Part shown: piece after piece, positions 29,332 through 38,910 of the stretch
How the letters are laid out: every line of letters begins with the position of its first letter
Position numbering within the stretch: the stretch's first letter is position 1
Source of the DNA: an uncultured Gemmatimonadales bacterium
GTDB lineage: Bacteria; Gemmatimonadota; Gemmatimonadetes; Gemmatimonadales; GWC2-71-9
DNA length: 64,000 nucleotides
Direction: 5' to 3'
Assembly (NCBI GenBank): GCA_963825055.1
Contig: CAWGSK010000002.1
Span: forward strand, 96,001-160,000
Notes under the pieces: generated by a model
What the model was told of the DNA's origin: nothing
Databases searched by the model: none
Seen by the model: only the letters and a program-made list of their open reading frames with translations
Translations under genes and position numbers: made by a program

Positions 29332-30304
29332 GGTCACATATCTCGAGGCGCTCCGGCAGGGTCTCTGGGAGGAGATGGAACGGGATCCCGCAGTCTTCAT
29401 CCTGGGCGAGGACGTGGGCATTTACGGCGGCGCGTTCAAGGTCACCGACGGGTTCTACGGGCACTTCGGTGCCGACCGCGTCATCGACACGCCGATCTCC
29501 GAGGCGGCGATCGTGGGCGCCGCGGCCGGCGCCGCCCACATGGGATTGCGCCCGGTCGCGGAGATGCAGTTCATCGACTTCATCTCCTGCGCGTACGACA
29601 TGCTCACCAACTACGTCGCGACCGCGCGGTACCGCGCCGGCCTGCCGACGCCCATGGTCGTGCGCGGTCCGAGCGGTGGTTACGTGCGCGGTGGCCCGTT
29701 CCACTCGCAGAACCCCGAGGCGGCCTTCCTGCACACCCCGGGCCTCAAGATCGTCTGCCCCGCCACCGCCCGTGACGCGAAAGGCCTGATCAAGGCAGCG
29801 GTCCGGGACGACGATCCCGTGCTTTATTTCGAACACAAGTATCTTTATCGTCGGATCAAGGAGGACCTCCCGGAGGGCGAGGAGATCCTCACGCCGATCG
29901 GCAGCGCGCGCCTGGCGCGCGAGGGTCGTGACCTGTCCATCATCACGTGGTCCGCGATGGTGTACAAGGCGCTCGAGGCCGCCGAGCGGCTGGAGCAGGA
30001 GGATGGGCTGTCGGTCGAGGTGCTCGACCTCCGGACCCTCCTGCCGATGGACGACGCGGCGATCATGGCCACGGTGCGGAAGACCAACCGGGTCCTGATC
30101 GCGCACGAAGACACGCGGACGGGTGGTGTGGCGGGGGAGATCACCGCGCGCATAAACGACCAGGCGTTCGAATGGCTCGATGCCCCGGTCAAGCGGGTGA
30201 CGGCGCATGACGTGCCGCTGCCCTACGCCCCGACGCTCGAGGACTTCGTCCTGCCCCAGACGGACGACCTCATCCGGGCGAGCCGGTGGCTCGCCGCGTA
30301 CTGA
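29324..30304 (+). CDS. 2-oxoacid dehydrogenase E1 beta subunit
   Basis: LGEDVG, DTPISE, EMQFIDF, FHSQ and EHKYLY motifs. Confidence 0.93.
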   Translation: MAEVTYLEALRQGLWEEMERDPAVFILGEDVGIYGGAFKVTDGFYGHFGADRVIDTPISEAAIVGAAAGAAHMGLRPVAEMQFIDFISCAYDMLTNYVATARYRAGLPTPMVVRGPSGGYVRGGPFHSQNPEAAFLHTPGLKIVCPATARDAKGLIKAAVRDDDPVLYFEHKYLYRRIKEDLPEGEEILTPIGSARLAREGRDLSIITWSAMVYKALEAAERLEQEDGLSVEVLDLRTLLPMDDAAIMATVRKTNRVLIAHEDTRTGGVAGEITARINDQAFEWLDAPVKRVTAHDVPLPYAPTLEDFVLPQTDDLIRASRWLAAY

Positions 30305-30360
30305 CCGGCAGGCGGCCCGCTACGGCCGCCAGCCGCTGACCTGATCCGGAGACGTACGTC

Positions 30361-31704
30361 ATGGCTCGAGTGGATGTCATCATGCCGCAGATGGGCGAGT
30401 CCATCGCGGAAGGCACGCTGTCCCGCTGGCTCAAGCAGGTGGGCGACGAGGTCAAGCGCGACGAGGCCATCTTCGAGATTTCCACCGACAAGGTGGACGC
30501 CGAGATCCCCTCGCCCACCGCGGGGAAGCTGGCCGAGGTGCTGGTGAAGGAAGGGGAGACGGTCGCGGTGCAGACCGTGGTTGCCCGGATCGAGACGGAC
30601 AAGGGCGCCGACGTGAGCGCCGGCGATGGCGCGGCGACCCCTCCCGCTCCCGCGCCCGAGACCCCCAAGCCCGCCCCCGCTCCGGAGCCCGAACCCGTGG
30701 CCGCCAAGGCCCCGGCGACTGCCCCGTCCGCCCCGTCCGCCCCGTCCGCCCCGTCAGGTGAGGAGACCTCGGAGGAGCGACTCCGGCGCCGCTCCACGCC
30801 GCTCGTCCGCAAGATGGCGCAGGAGCATGACCTCGACATCAGCACGATCTCCGGGACCGGCCACGCCGGCCGCGTCACGAAGAATGACGTCGTGCAGTAT
30901 CTCGAGGGACGCGGGTCCACTCCGGCGGCACCCGCTGCCGCCCCGGCGGCGGCCGCACCTGGCACGCCCGCCCCGGCTGCCCCGTCGGTGGATGCGTGGC
31001 CCGGCGACCGGGTGGAGCCATGGTCGCGGATCCGCAAGCTCACCGCCGACCACATGATCATGTCACGCCGGGTGTCCGCCCACGTCTCGAGCTACTTCGA
31101 GATCGATTACACGAACATCGTGCAGCTCCGGGCGAGGAAGAAGAAGGAATATGCCGAGCGCGGCGTGAACCTGACCTACCTCGCCTTCATCACGAAGGCC
31201 GTAGCGGACAACATTCGCGCGCATCCGGTGGTGAATGCGGCCGTGTCCGGCGACAGCACGATCTACCGCACCGACGTCAACATCGGCCTGGCCGTGGCGC
31301 TCGACTGGGGGCTCATCGTGCCGGTGATCAAGCACGCCGACGAGCTGTCGCTCCTGGGCATCGCGCGGGCCATCAACGATCTGGGCGAGCGGGCCCGGAA
31401 CAAGAAGCTGAACCCGGACGAGGTGCAGCGCGGGACTTTCACCATCACCAACCCGGGAGTCTTCGGTGGCGTGATCGGGTTCCCGATTATCAACCAGCCC
31501 CAGGTGGCCATCATGGGCGTCGGCGCCATCGGCAAGCAGCCCGCCGTGATCACCGGCCCGGACGGCACGGACGCGATCGCCATCCGCACGAAGGGCATGC
31601 TTTCCCTGTCCTACGACCACCGGGTCGTGGACGGCGCGGATGCCGACCGGTTCCTGGCCGACGTGAAGCGCACGCTGGAGGGCTGGGCGGAATCGGCGGT
31701 CTGA
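30361..31704 (+). CDS. Dihydrolipoamide acyltransferase E2
   Basis: Lipoyl domain STDKVDAE, E3-binding domain, TFTITNPG and DHRVVDG. Confidence 0.93.
   Translation: MARVDVIMPQMGESIAEGTLSRWLKQVGDEVKRDEAIFEISTDKVDAEIPSPTAGKLAEVLVKEGETVAVQTVVARIETDKGADVSAGDGAATPPAPAPETPKPAPAPEPEPVAAKAPATAPSAPSAPSAPSGEETSEERLRRRSTPLVRKMAQEHDLDISTISGTGHAGRVTKNDVVQYLEGRGSTPAAPAAAPAAAAPGTPAPAAPSVDAWPGDRVEPWSRIRKLTADHMIMSRRVSAHVSSYFEIDYTNIVQLRARKKKEYAERGVNLTYLAFITKAVADNIRAHPVVNAAVSGDSTIYRTDVNIGLAVALDWGLIVPVIKHADELSLLGIARAINDLGERARNKKLNPDEVQRGTFTITNPGVFGGVIGFPIINQPQVAIMGVGAIGKQPAVITGPDGTDAIAIRTKGMLSLSYDHRVVDGADADRFLADVKRTLEGWAESAV
30721..30755 (+). repeat. In-frame 9-mer tandem repeat (GCCCCGTCC, about 4 copies) in the E2 linker
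   Basis: GCCCCGTCC x3 + GCCCCGTC, encoding (APS)4. Confidence 0.75.
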
Positions 31705-31705
31705 T

Positions 31706-32020
31706 GTGACCCGGCACCTGACGGTCGCGCGGGTGAAAGTGGCTCCGGAACACGAGGAGTCATATCTCTCGGCACTCGAGGGCCTTGCCCGGTACGCCGA
31801 GGCGGGCGGACGGCACTGCTGGGTATTCCGCGATCCGAAGCACCCCGGGACGTTCCTCGAGTTTCGCGAGTGGGGCGCCGGAGGCCCCGCGGGCTCGGAG
31901 GCGGAAGGCCGGCTTGAGGCCCGCCTGCGCGAGTGGTCCGAAGTCGAGCCCGGCGCCGACACGGTCTGGGAGGAAGTCCCCCGCGCTGTGTCCCGGCCGG
32001 AAATTCCCACGAGGAGCTAG
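31706..32020 (+). CDS. Hypothetical protein (ABM/dimeric alpha-beta barrel-like)
   Basis: WVFRDPKHPGTFLEFREW pattern; operon packing. Confidence 0.6.
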   Translation: MTRHLTVARVKVAPEHEESYLSALEGLARYAEAGGRHCWVFRDPKHPGTFLEFREWGAGGPAGSEAEGRLEARLREWSEVEPGADTVWEEVPRAVSRPEIPTRS

Positions 32021-32023
32021 CGA

Positions 32024-32290
32024 ATGCCACGCCGTACGATCGAAGCCGGTGGACGTACCTGGGCCGTCTCGCCCGCGGGCCGCCGCACGATTTACGCCCG
32101 CGACGAGGTCGCCCTGATGTTCACAGCGGACGACGGGATCGAACGGGAGCGACGCATCACGCGCTTCAGCCCGCAAGGCGCGCGCAGTCCGGACATGGCC
32201 CTGAACGAGCTGACGGACGCCCAGCTCCGCGACCTCCTCGCGACGTCGCAGCCCGCCGAAATGGCGCCGGAGACGGGTTACCGCCCCTGA
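32024..32290 (+). CDS. Hypothetical protein
   Basis: GAGGAG RBS, ATG start, operon packing. Confidence 0.65.
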   Translation: MPRRTIEAGGRTWAVSPAGRRTIYARDEVALMFTADDGIERERRITRFSPQGARSPDMALNELTDAQLRDLLATSQPAEMAPETGYRP

Positions 32291-33162
32291 ACGCCGGACT
32301 GGTCGACCTCCACCTGCACTCCACGGCCTCCGACGGCGCCCTGCCGCCGGCCGAGGTCGTCGCACGGGCCCGCGACGCGGGACTCTCCGCCATCGCCCTC
32401 ACCGATCACGACTCCATTGCCGGTGTGCCCGAGGCCAGGGCCGCCGGCGCCCGCCTCGCCGTCCGTGTCGTCTGCGGCTGCGAGTTCTCGGTCCGTGTCT
32501 CGTGGGGCGAGATGCACCTCCTCGGCTACTTCCTTCCGCTCGACTTCCCCGAACTCGACGACTTCCTGGAGCGCTGCCGGGCGATGCGTCGGGACCGCGC
32601 GGCCGAAATGGTCACCCGCCTGCGAGGCGCCGGCGCCGTCGTCCGGATGGATCAGGTGCTCGCAGCCGCCGGGAGCGGGGCAATCGGCCGCCCGCACGTG
32701 GCCCGGGCCATGGTGGAGGCCGGGGTCGCGCGTAGCGTCGCCCACGCCTTCGACCGCTGGATCGGCTGGGGTCGCCCGGCGTTCGTGCCGAAGGTTCTCC
32801 CGGACTTTGCGGATGTGGCGGACCTGGTGCACCGCGCGGGTGGGGTCGTGTCGGCCGCGCACCTGAAGGACCGGGGGACCCGGGTGACGCTGGAGCGCCT
32901 GCGCGAGGAAGGGCTCGACGCGGTTGAGACCCGCCATCCCAGCCACGACCCCGAAACCCGTGCCAGGATCACCGACCTTGCCGTCGCGACCGGCCTGTTG
33001 CGAACGGGAGGCAGTGACTGGCATGGTGGCCCCGGTGCGAGCGGTTCGCACGGAGCCCTGGGGGGCCAGCAGGTTCCCGCCGCGTGGCTCGATGCGCTGG
33101 CCGGGCGGGCGGCCGAGAAGGGAGCGGGGCGGGGGCATTATCATGCGGGGGGATCCGGGTGA
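32287..33162 (+). CDS. PHP-domain metal-dependent phosphoesterase (YciV/TrpH-like); probable CTG start
   Basis: DLHLHSTASDG, ALTDHD, GCEFS, HLLGY, GRPHVA and TGGSDWHG motifs; CTGA overlap with the upstream stop. Confidence 0.88.
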   Translation: MNAGLVDLHLHSTASDGALPPAEVVARARDAGLSAIALTDHDSIAGVPEARAAGARLAVRVVCGCEFSVRVSWGEMHLLGYFLPLDFPELDDFLERCRAMRRDRAAEMVTRLRGAGAVVRMDQVLAAAGSGAIGRPHVARAMVEAGVARSVAHAFDRWIGWGRPAFVPKVLPDFADVADLVHRAGGVVSAAHLKDRGTRVTLERLREEGLDAVETRHPSHDPETRARITDLAVATGLLRTGGSDWHGGPGASGSHGALGGQQVPAAWLDALAGRAAEKGAGRGHYHAGGSG

Positions 33163-33202
33163 CCTCTACCCGGTTGACGCGGCTGCGAGGGAGGAAGAGA
33201 GC

Positions 33203-33925
33203 ATGAGCCTGACATTCGACTTCACCGGGAAGGTGGCGCTGGTGACCGGGGTGGCCCGGACGGGCCAGATCGGTCATGCGCTGGCCCTCGCCTTCGGACG
33301 CGCGGGCGCGCGCCTGGTGGCCGCCGACCGGAACGCGGTGGCGGTCGCCGAACGGGTGCGGGAGCTCCGCGCGGAGGGTATCGACGCCCAGCCGGCGGCC
33401 GGCGACCTGACCGACGGCAACGTGGCGGAGCTTGCGGTGGACAACGCGCGCCGACACTTCGGTGGCCTGGATATCCTGGTGAACGTCGCCGGCGGATTGA
33501 CGTCGTACGGTCCCGTGGGCGGGGCGACCGCGGAGGCGTTCGACCGCGAGGTCGCCATCAACCTCAAGACCGCGTTTCTCCTGTCCGCGGCGGCGGCCCC
33601 GGCGCTGACCGAGCGGCGGGGCTGCATCGTGAACTTCGCTTCGGACGCCGTCCTCCACCCGTCGCCCGGTCTCGCGATCTATTCGGCCGCAAAGGCCGGC
33701 GTGGCCGGTCTCACGCGCAGTCTGGCCGAGGAGTTCCGTCCCCATGGAGTCCGGGTGAACGCGATTGCGCCATCCATGGTGCGCACCCCCGAGAACCTCG
33801 AGACGGCCGCGGCCGGCGCCAGTTTCGTGGAGATGTCGGACATCACGACCGCCGTGCTGTTCCTCGCCTCCGACGAGGCGCGCGCCATAACGGGGCACCT
33901 GCTGCCCCTCCGCGGAGAGGGCTGA
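33203..33925 (+). CDS. SDR-family oxidoreductase
   Basis: VALVTG...GQIG, LVNVAGG, YSAAK and RVNAIAP. Confidence 0.9.
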   Translation: MSLTFDFTGKVALVTGVARTGQIGHALALAFGRAGARLVAADRNAVAVAERVRELRAEGIDAQPAAGDLTDGNVAELAVDNARRHFGGLDILVNVAGGLTSYGPVGGATAEAFDREVAINLKTAFLLSAAAAPALTERRGCIVNFASDAVLHPSPGLAIYSAAKAGVAGLTRSLAEEFRPHGVRVNAIAPSMVRTPENLETAAAGASFVEMSDITTAVLFLASDEARAITGHLLPLRGEG

Positions 33926-34657
33926 ATGCAGCTGGAAGATCGCGTCGTCCTGGTGACTGGCGCCGGCCGCCGGCTCGGCCATGCCATGGCCGCGGGGCTC
34001 GCGGAACGCGGGATGACGGTCGCCATTCATTACCACCAGTCCAGCCAGGGCGCCGAGCGACTGCGGGCCTCCATCGTGGAGGCCGGCGGCACGGCTGACC
34101 GGTTCCAGGCCGACCTGACCGACCCGCACGCGGCGCTTGAACTGCCCGCCCGCGTAGTGGAGCGGTTCGGGCGGCTCGACGTGCTGGTGAACTCCGCTGC
34201 CGTCATGAAGCCCCTCCGGTTCGAGGCCACCACACCGGTCGAGTTCGACGAGATCATGAACCTGAACCTGCGCGCCGCCTTCTTCTGCGCGCAGGCCGCG
34301 ACCCCGTTCCTCAAGGAGGCCGGTGGACGCATCGTCAACATTGCGGACGTGGGCGGCCTCGAACCGTGGACGTCGTTCGCGGCGCACTCCGTGAGCAAGG
34401 CGGGCCTCATCATGCTCACCAGGGTCCTGGCACGTGCGCTCGCCCCGGAAGTCAACGTCAACGCGATTGCGCCCGGTGCCGTCCTCCTGCCGGAGGAGTG
34501 GCCCGAGGACGCGCGCGAGCACTTCGAGGAGTCCACCCCGCTCAAGCGTCTCGGCTCCCCTGAGGACGTCGTGCAGGCGCTGGTCTACCTCCTCAAGCAC
34601 GGCGACTACATCACCGGCGAAACCCTGGTCGTGGACGGTGGGCGGCTCATCCGCTGA
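33926..34657 (+). CDS. SDR-family oxidoreductase, pteridine reductase-like
   Basis: TGAGRRLG, IHYHQS, NSAA, IVNIAD, HSVSK and VDGG. Confidence 0.85.
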   Translation: MQLEDRVVLVTGAGRRLGHAMAAGLAERGMTVAIHYHQSSQGAERLRASIVEAGGTADRFQADLTDPHAALELPARVVERFGRLDVLVNSAAVMKPLRFEATTPVEFDEIMNLNLRAAFFCAQAATPFLKEAGGRIVNIADVGGLEPWTSFAAHSVSKAGLIMLTRVLARALAPEVNVNAIAPGAVLLPEEWPEDAREHFEESTPLKRLGSPEDVVQALVYLLKHGDYITGETLVVDGGRLIR

Positions 34658-34670
34658 GCGGGAGGGACCG

Positions 34671-35498
34671 GTGGTCCTGGGTGACATCGTCATCATCGGT
34701 GGTGGCTGCTACGGGACCTTCTACGCCGCCCAGCTCGCGGCCGCCCAGGATCGCGGGAAGCTTGCGTGCCGCCGTGTGCTGCTGGTGGACCGGGATCCGA
34801 CCTGCCAGGCCACCCGGGAACTCCCGCCGCGGGAGGGCAGGGTCCTGGTCTCGGCGGAGTGGGGCGACTTCCTCGACCGATATCTCGCGGACGATCACCC
34901 GGAGGCGCCCCAGCCCCAGGACGTAATCGTTCCCTCGCCCCTCATGCCCCACCTCATGTATGAGTGGCTCCTGCGGCGCGCGCGCGCCCGCTGGCCCGGC
35001 CGTCAGGTGGAGACCCGCCCCGTCCCGCTCGATCCCGGTACGCCCTGGGCGTCCACCGCTCCCGACGGCACCCGGTACGTCTCGTTCGCCGACTGGATCT
35101 GCCCCACCCACTGCATCGAGCCCGCACTCTGTCCGGTCATCCGCGCGCCGCGCACCTGGGAAATGACGGACATGCTGGGCGACTTGACTGCCCGCCTCGA
35201 CGCGCGTGCCCCGACGGCCGGACCGGTGGCGTTTGTCTGCCGGCACACCGTCCACGCCGTGGGAACGTTCGGCGCGCGGGAGGTGCAGGCGGGCGACCGG
35301 ACCGTGGCCGAAGCCGGCCGGGGCACGGGACCCGTGGATGTCGTGGTGGCGACGGTTTCCTCCTGCCATGGCGCCGTGAACCTCCTGCACCTCGGCGTCC
35401 CGGCGGGGTCCGGGGAACAGGAGGGTGTTCTATATTCAGGCGTTGCGGCCAGCCCGGCCGCGGACCGATCTGACAAGGGGAACAAGGCATTGGCATGA
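34671..35498 (+). CDS. Hypothetical protein with a Rossmann-like N-terminus and Cys/His cluster
   Basis: IVIIGGGCYG, CPTHCIEPALCP and SCHG; GGAGGG RBS before GTG; ATGA overlap with trxB. Confidence 0.7.
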   Translation: MVLGDIVIIGGGCYGTFYAAQLAAAQDRGKLACRRVLLVDRDPTCQATRELPPREGRVLVSAEWGDFLDRYLADDHPEAPQPQDVIVPSPLMPHLMYEWLLRRARARWPGRQVETRPVPLDPGTPWASTAPDGTRYVSFADWICPTHCIEPALCPVIRAPRTWEMTDMLGDLTARLDARAPTAGPVAFVCRHTVHAVGTFGAREVQAGDRTVAEAGRGTGPVDVVVATVSSCHGAVNLLHLGVPAGSGEQEGVLYSGVAASPAADRSDKGNKALA

Positions 35499-36454
35499 GC
35501 GACGAACGGACCTTTGACGTGATCATCGTGGGCGGGGGCCCGGCCGGCCTGTGTGCCGCCATGTACGCCGGGCGCGGCATGCTGAATGCCGTCCTGCTCG
35601 AGCGCGGCCTCCCCGGCGGCGAGCTGCTCAACACGGAGCTGATCGAGGACTATCCCGGCTTCGAGAGCATCCTCGGCCGGGAACTGGCCGAGAAGATGGC
35701 GGCGCATGCGGTCAAGTTCGGCGCCCGCATCGTCCAGGACACGGTGGACGCCATTGAACGCCAGTCGGACGGCCGCTTCCACGTCACGACCGCCATGGGC
35801 CACACCTACATCGCCCCTGCGGTGATTCTCACCGCGGGCGGCACGCCCAACAAACTGGGCATTCCGGGTGAGCTGGAGTACGCGGGGCGCGGCGTGTCGT
35901 ACTGTGCCGTGTGTGACGGGGCGTTCTTCAGGGGGCACACCATCGCGGTGGTCGGCGGGGGCGACGCTGCCGTAGAGGAGGCCGAGTACCTCACCCGGTA
36001 TGCTGCCCGGGTGTATCTCATCCACCGCCGCGACGAACTCCGGGCGTCGAAGATCCTCCAGGAGCGGCTGTTTGCCAACGAGAAGATCCAGGTAATCTGG
36101 AACAGCGTGGTGACCGAGGCTGTCGGCGGCCCGGGAGGCCTGGAGGAACTCGTGCTGGAGGACACCGTCACAGGTGCGGAGTCCCGCCTGCCGGTCACAG
36201 GCCTCTTCATTTTCATCGGGTTCACGCCCAACAGCGGCCTCGTCAAGGGCCATGTCGAACACGACCCGGCGGGCTACCTGCTCACGGATTCCCGCATGAT
36301 GACGTCGATCCCCGGCCTGTTCGCCGCCGGGGACCTGCGCGTCCAGCTCACCAGGCAGATCACCACCGCAGTGGGGGACGCCACCACGGCCGCCATCGCG
36401 GTGGAAAAGTACCTGGCCGAGCAGCGGCACCAGCCGACCGAGGTGGGCGGGTGA
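35495..36454 (+). CDS. trxB: Thioredoxin-disulfide reductase
   Basis: GGGPAG, GVSYCAVCDG, GGGDAAVEEA, HRRD and FAAGD. Confidence 0.95.
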   Translation: MSDERTFDVIIVGGGPAGLCAAMYAGRGMLNAVLLERGLPGGELLNTELIEDYPGFESILGRELAEKMAAHAVKFGARIVQDTVDAIERQSDGRFHVTTAMGHTYIAPAVILTAGGTPNKLGIPGELEYAGRGVSYCAVCDGAFFRGHTIAVVGGGDAAVEEAEYLTRYAARVYLIHRRDELRASKILQERLFANEKIQVIWNSVVTEAVGGPGGLEELVLEDTVTGAESRLPVTGLFIFIGFTPNSGLVKGHVEHDPAGYLLTDSRMMTSIPGLFAAGDLRVQLTRQITTAVGDATTAAIAVEKYLAEQRHQPTEVGG

Positions 36455-38910
36455 CGGCAGGCCGCACGCCTGTCCCGCCCCGCGCGGGCCGCGAGGGGCG
36501 GGCGGGGTGGATCGACCGCCTGGCCACGCGCTCGACGGGCGGCTACCTCGCCCGCTACGGTATCGGACTGCTTGTCGGCATGCTGTCCATCAGCTTGACG
36601 ATCGCTGCGTACCAGCTGACCGGCGTGCGATATGGCGCGATCTACCTGGTGGCCATCGCACTGGTCGGGGTGATCGCGGGCCGGGGGCCGGGGCTGTTCG
36701 TCACGCTGGTGGTTGCCGTCCCGTTTGTCCTGGGTCAGTCGGGATCGCTGTCGCGGCTTGACGAACTCACCAACCGCGATCTGGTCACGGTGGTGGTGAT
36801 CCTGGGATGTGGCACCCTCCTGGCGTTGATCGGCTCGGCGGCCCGCGAGACCGCCGTACGCCTGGCGCGGGCGCACCGGCAGGCCGAGGAGGCCCTCGAA
36901 CTGGCCGAAGAGAACGCGGCCAGGGCCGAGGAATCCGCCTCCGAGGCCGAGCTGTCGGCGCTGAACGCCAGCGAGGCCCTGAGCGGGCAGGAAGCGGCCT
37001 TTGCCCAGCTGGATGCGGTGGTCCGGACTGCCCCGGTCGGGATCGGCTTCATCACCAGGGACCTGACCTACGCCCGCATCAACGAACAGATGGCCGAGGT
37101 GCACGGGTTGCCGATCGGTGCCCACCTCGGGAAGCAGATCCGCGACGTGGTTCCCGAAGTGGCGGACGCCATGGAATCCATGATCCGGCATGTGTTCCAC
37201 ACTGGTGAGCCGATGCTTGACCGCGAGTTCGAGGCATCCACCCCGGGGCAGCCCGGCGTCCGGCGCTGGTTCTGGTGCAGTGTGTTCCCGGTCCGCGACC
37301 AGTCGGGCGGCACGGAGCTGGTCGCGAAGCTGGTTCAGGACATCACCGCCCGCAAGAAAGCCGAGGCGGCTCTGCGGACCAGCGAGGGCCGGTATCGGGC
37401 CCTGCTTGAGGCCAACACCGCCATCGTGTGGGTGTGTGACGCAGCCGGCGCCTTCGTGGAGCCCCAGCCCGCCTGGGAGCGCTACACGGGGCAGACCTGG
37501 GAACAGCACCGCGGGAACGGCTGGGCCGGGGTGGTCCACCCCGAGGATCGCGACCGCCTGCTGGCTGCCTGGGACCGTGCCCTCAAGTCCGGAACGCGTT
37601 ACGAGATTGAAGCCAGGCTCTGGCACGCGGAAGCCGATGCCTACCGCCGCGCGGTTCTCCGCGCCGTGCCGATCCTCCGTGAGGACGGTGCGGTGCGCGA
37701 GTGGGTCGGCATGGTGACGGATGTGGAAGAGCAGCGCCGCGCGGAGGACGAACTGCGCCACGGGCAGAAGATGCAGGCGATTGGCAGCCTGGCCGGCGGC
37801 GTCGCCCACGAGGTCAACAACCAGGTGACCGGTGTCCTCGGCTTCGCCGGCTTCCTCAGCCGGCGCTTTCCGGAGGGCTCGCCGGAGGCGGACGACCTTC
37901 AGCAGGTGGTACGCGGCGCCGACCGCATCGCGACCGTGACCCGCCAGCTCCTCGCCTTCAGCCGGCAGCAGTTGCTGCAGCCACGTCGCATCGACCTCAA
38001 CGGCCTGGTCCGGGACCTCGAGCCCCTGCTGGTGCGGTTGATCGCGAAGGACGTGCGGATCGTGACCGACCTCGTGGCCGGGGAGGCACCGGTGCGGGCC
38101 GACCGGCACCAGCTCGAACAGGTGCTGCTGAACCTGGCCCTCAACGCCCGGGATGCCCTGGGGCCCGGCGGCACCATCACCATTGCCACCGCGAATGCCG
38201 GTGCCGACGAGGTGCGCCTTGCGGCGCGGGGCAGCCAGCCCCGTGCCTCGGAAGCGTTCGTCGTGCTTCGGCTCGGGGACACCGGCCGCGGAATCACTCC
38301 CGAAGTGTTGCCCCGCATCTTCGAGCCATTCTTCACGACCAAGGCGCCAGGCGAGGGAACAGGGCTCGGCCTCTCGACGGTGTACGGCATTGTCCGCCAG
38401 AGCGGTGGTTACATCACGGTGGACAGCACGCCCGGCGAAGGGTCGGTGTTCAGTGTGTTCCTTCCCCGGCAGGACTCGCCGGATGAACTCGGCCAGTCCG
38501 AGGCAGAAATCACGGACGCCAGCGGTCGCGAGACGCTCCTGGTGGTGGATGACGAAGAGGTCATCTGTTCCTTTGCCGAACGGGTGCTTCGCGAACAGGG
38601 GTACAGGGTCCTCACCGCCCGTGACGCGCACACCGCCCTGGCCCTGCTCGAGACCGAGCCGGGCAGGGAGGTGATGCTGGTCGTGACCGATGTCGTAATG
38701 CCCGGCATGGGCGGCGAGGAGCTTGGTCAGGAGATTGAGGCGCGCCGTCCCGGCTTGCCGGTACTGTACATGTCCGGCTTTTCCGCCGAGCACACCACCC
38801 AGCGCGGCCTGCTGCGTCCCGGGCTCCCGCTCATCCAGAAGCCGTTCTCGCCCGAAGCCATTCTTGTGCAGGTGCGACGCATGCTCGACGGCGGTTCCGT
38901 TCCCGCATGA
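36451..38910 (+). CDS. Membrane-bound PAS-PAS hybrid sensor histidine kinase
   Basis: N-terminal TM segments, two PAS domains, [25 protein letters not shown] and a C-terminal receiver. Confidence 0.9.
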   Translation: MTAGRTPVPPRAGREGRAGWIDRLATRSTGGYLARYGIGLLVGMLSISLTIAAYQLTGVRYGAIYLVAIALVGVIAGRGPGLFVTLVVAVPFVLGQSGSLSRLDELTNRDLVTVVVILGCGTLLALIGSAARETAVRLARAHRQAEEALELAEENAARAEESASEAELSALNASEALSGQEAAFAQLDAVVRTAPVGIGFITRDLTYARINEQMAEVHGLPIGAHLGKQIRDVVPEVADAMESMIRHVFHTGEPMLDREFEASTPGQPGVRRWFWCSVFPVRDQSGGTELVAKLVQDITARKKAEAALRTSEGRYRALLEANTAIVWVCDAAGAFVEPQPAWERYTGQTWEQHRGNGWAGVVHPEDRDRLLAAWDRALKSGTRYEIEARLWHAEADAYRRAVLRAVPILREDGAVREWVGMVTDVEEQRRAEDELRHGQKMQAIGSLAGGVAHEVNNQVTGVLGFAGFLSRRFPEGSPEADDLQQVVRGADRIATVTRQLLAFSRQQLLQPRRIDLNGLVRDLEPLLVRLIAKDVRIVTDLVAGEAPVRADRHQLEQVLLNLALNARDALGPGGTITIATANAGADEVRLAARGSQPRASEAFVVLRLGDTGRGITPEVLPRIFEPFFTTKAPGEGTGLGLSTVYGIVRQSGGYITVDSTPGEGSVFSVFLPRQDSPDELGQSEAEITDASGRETLLVVDDEEVICSFAERVLREQGYRVLTARDAHTALALLETEPGREVMLVVTDVVMPGMGGEELGQEIEARRPGLPVLYMSGFSAEHTTQRGLLRPGLPLIQKPFSPEAILVQVRRMLDGGSVPA

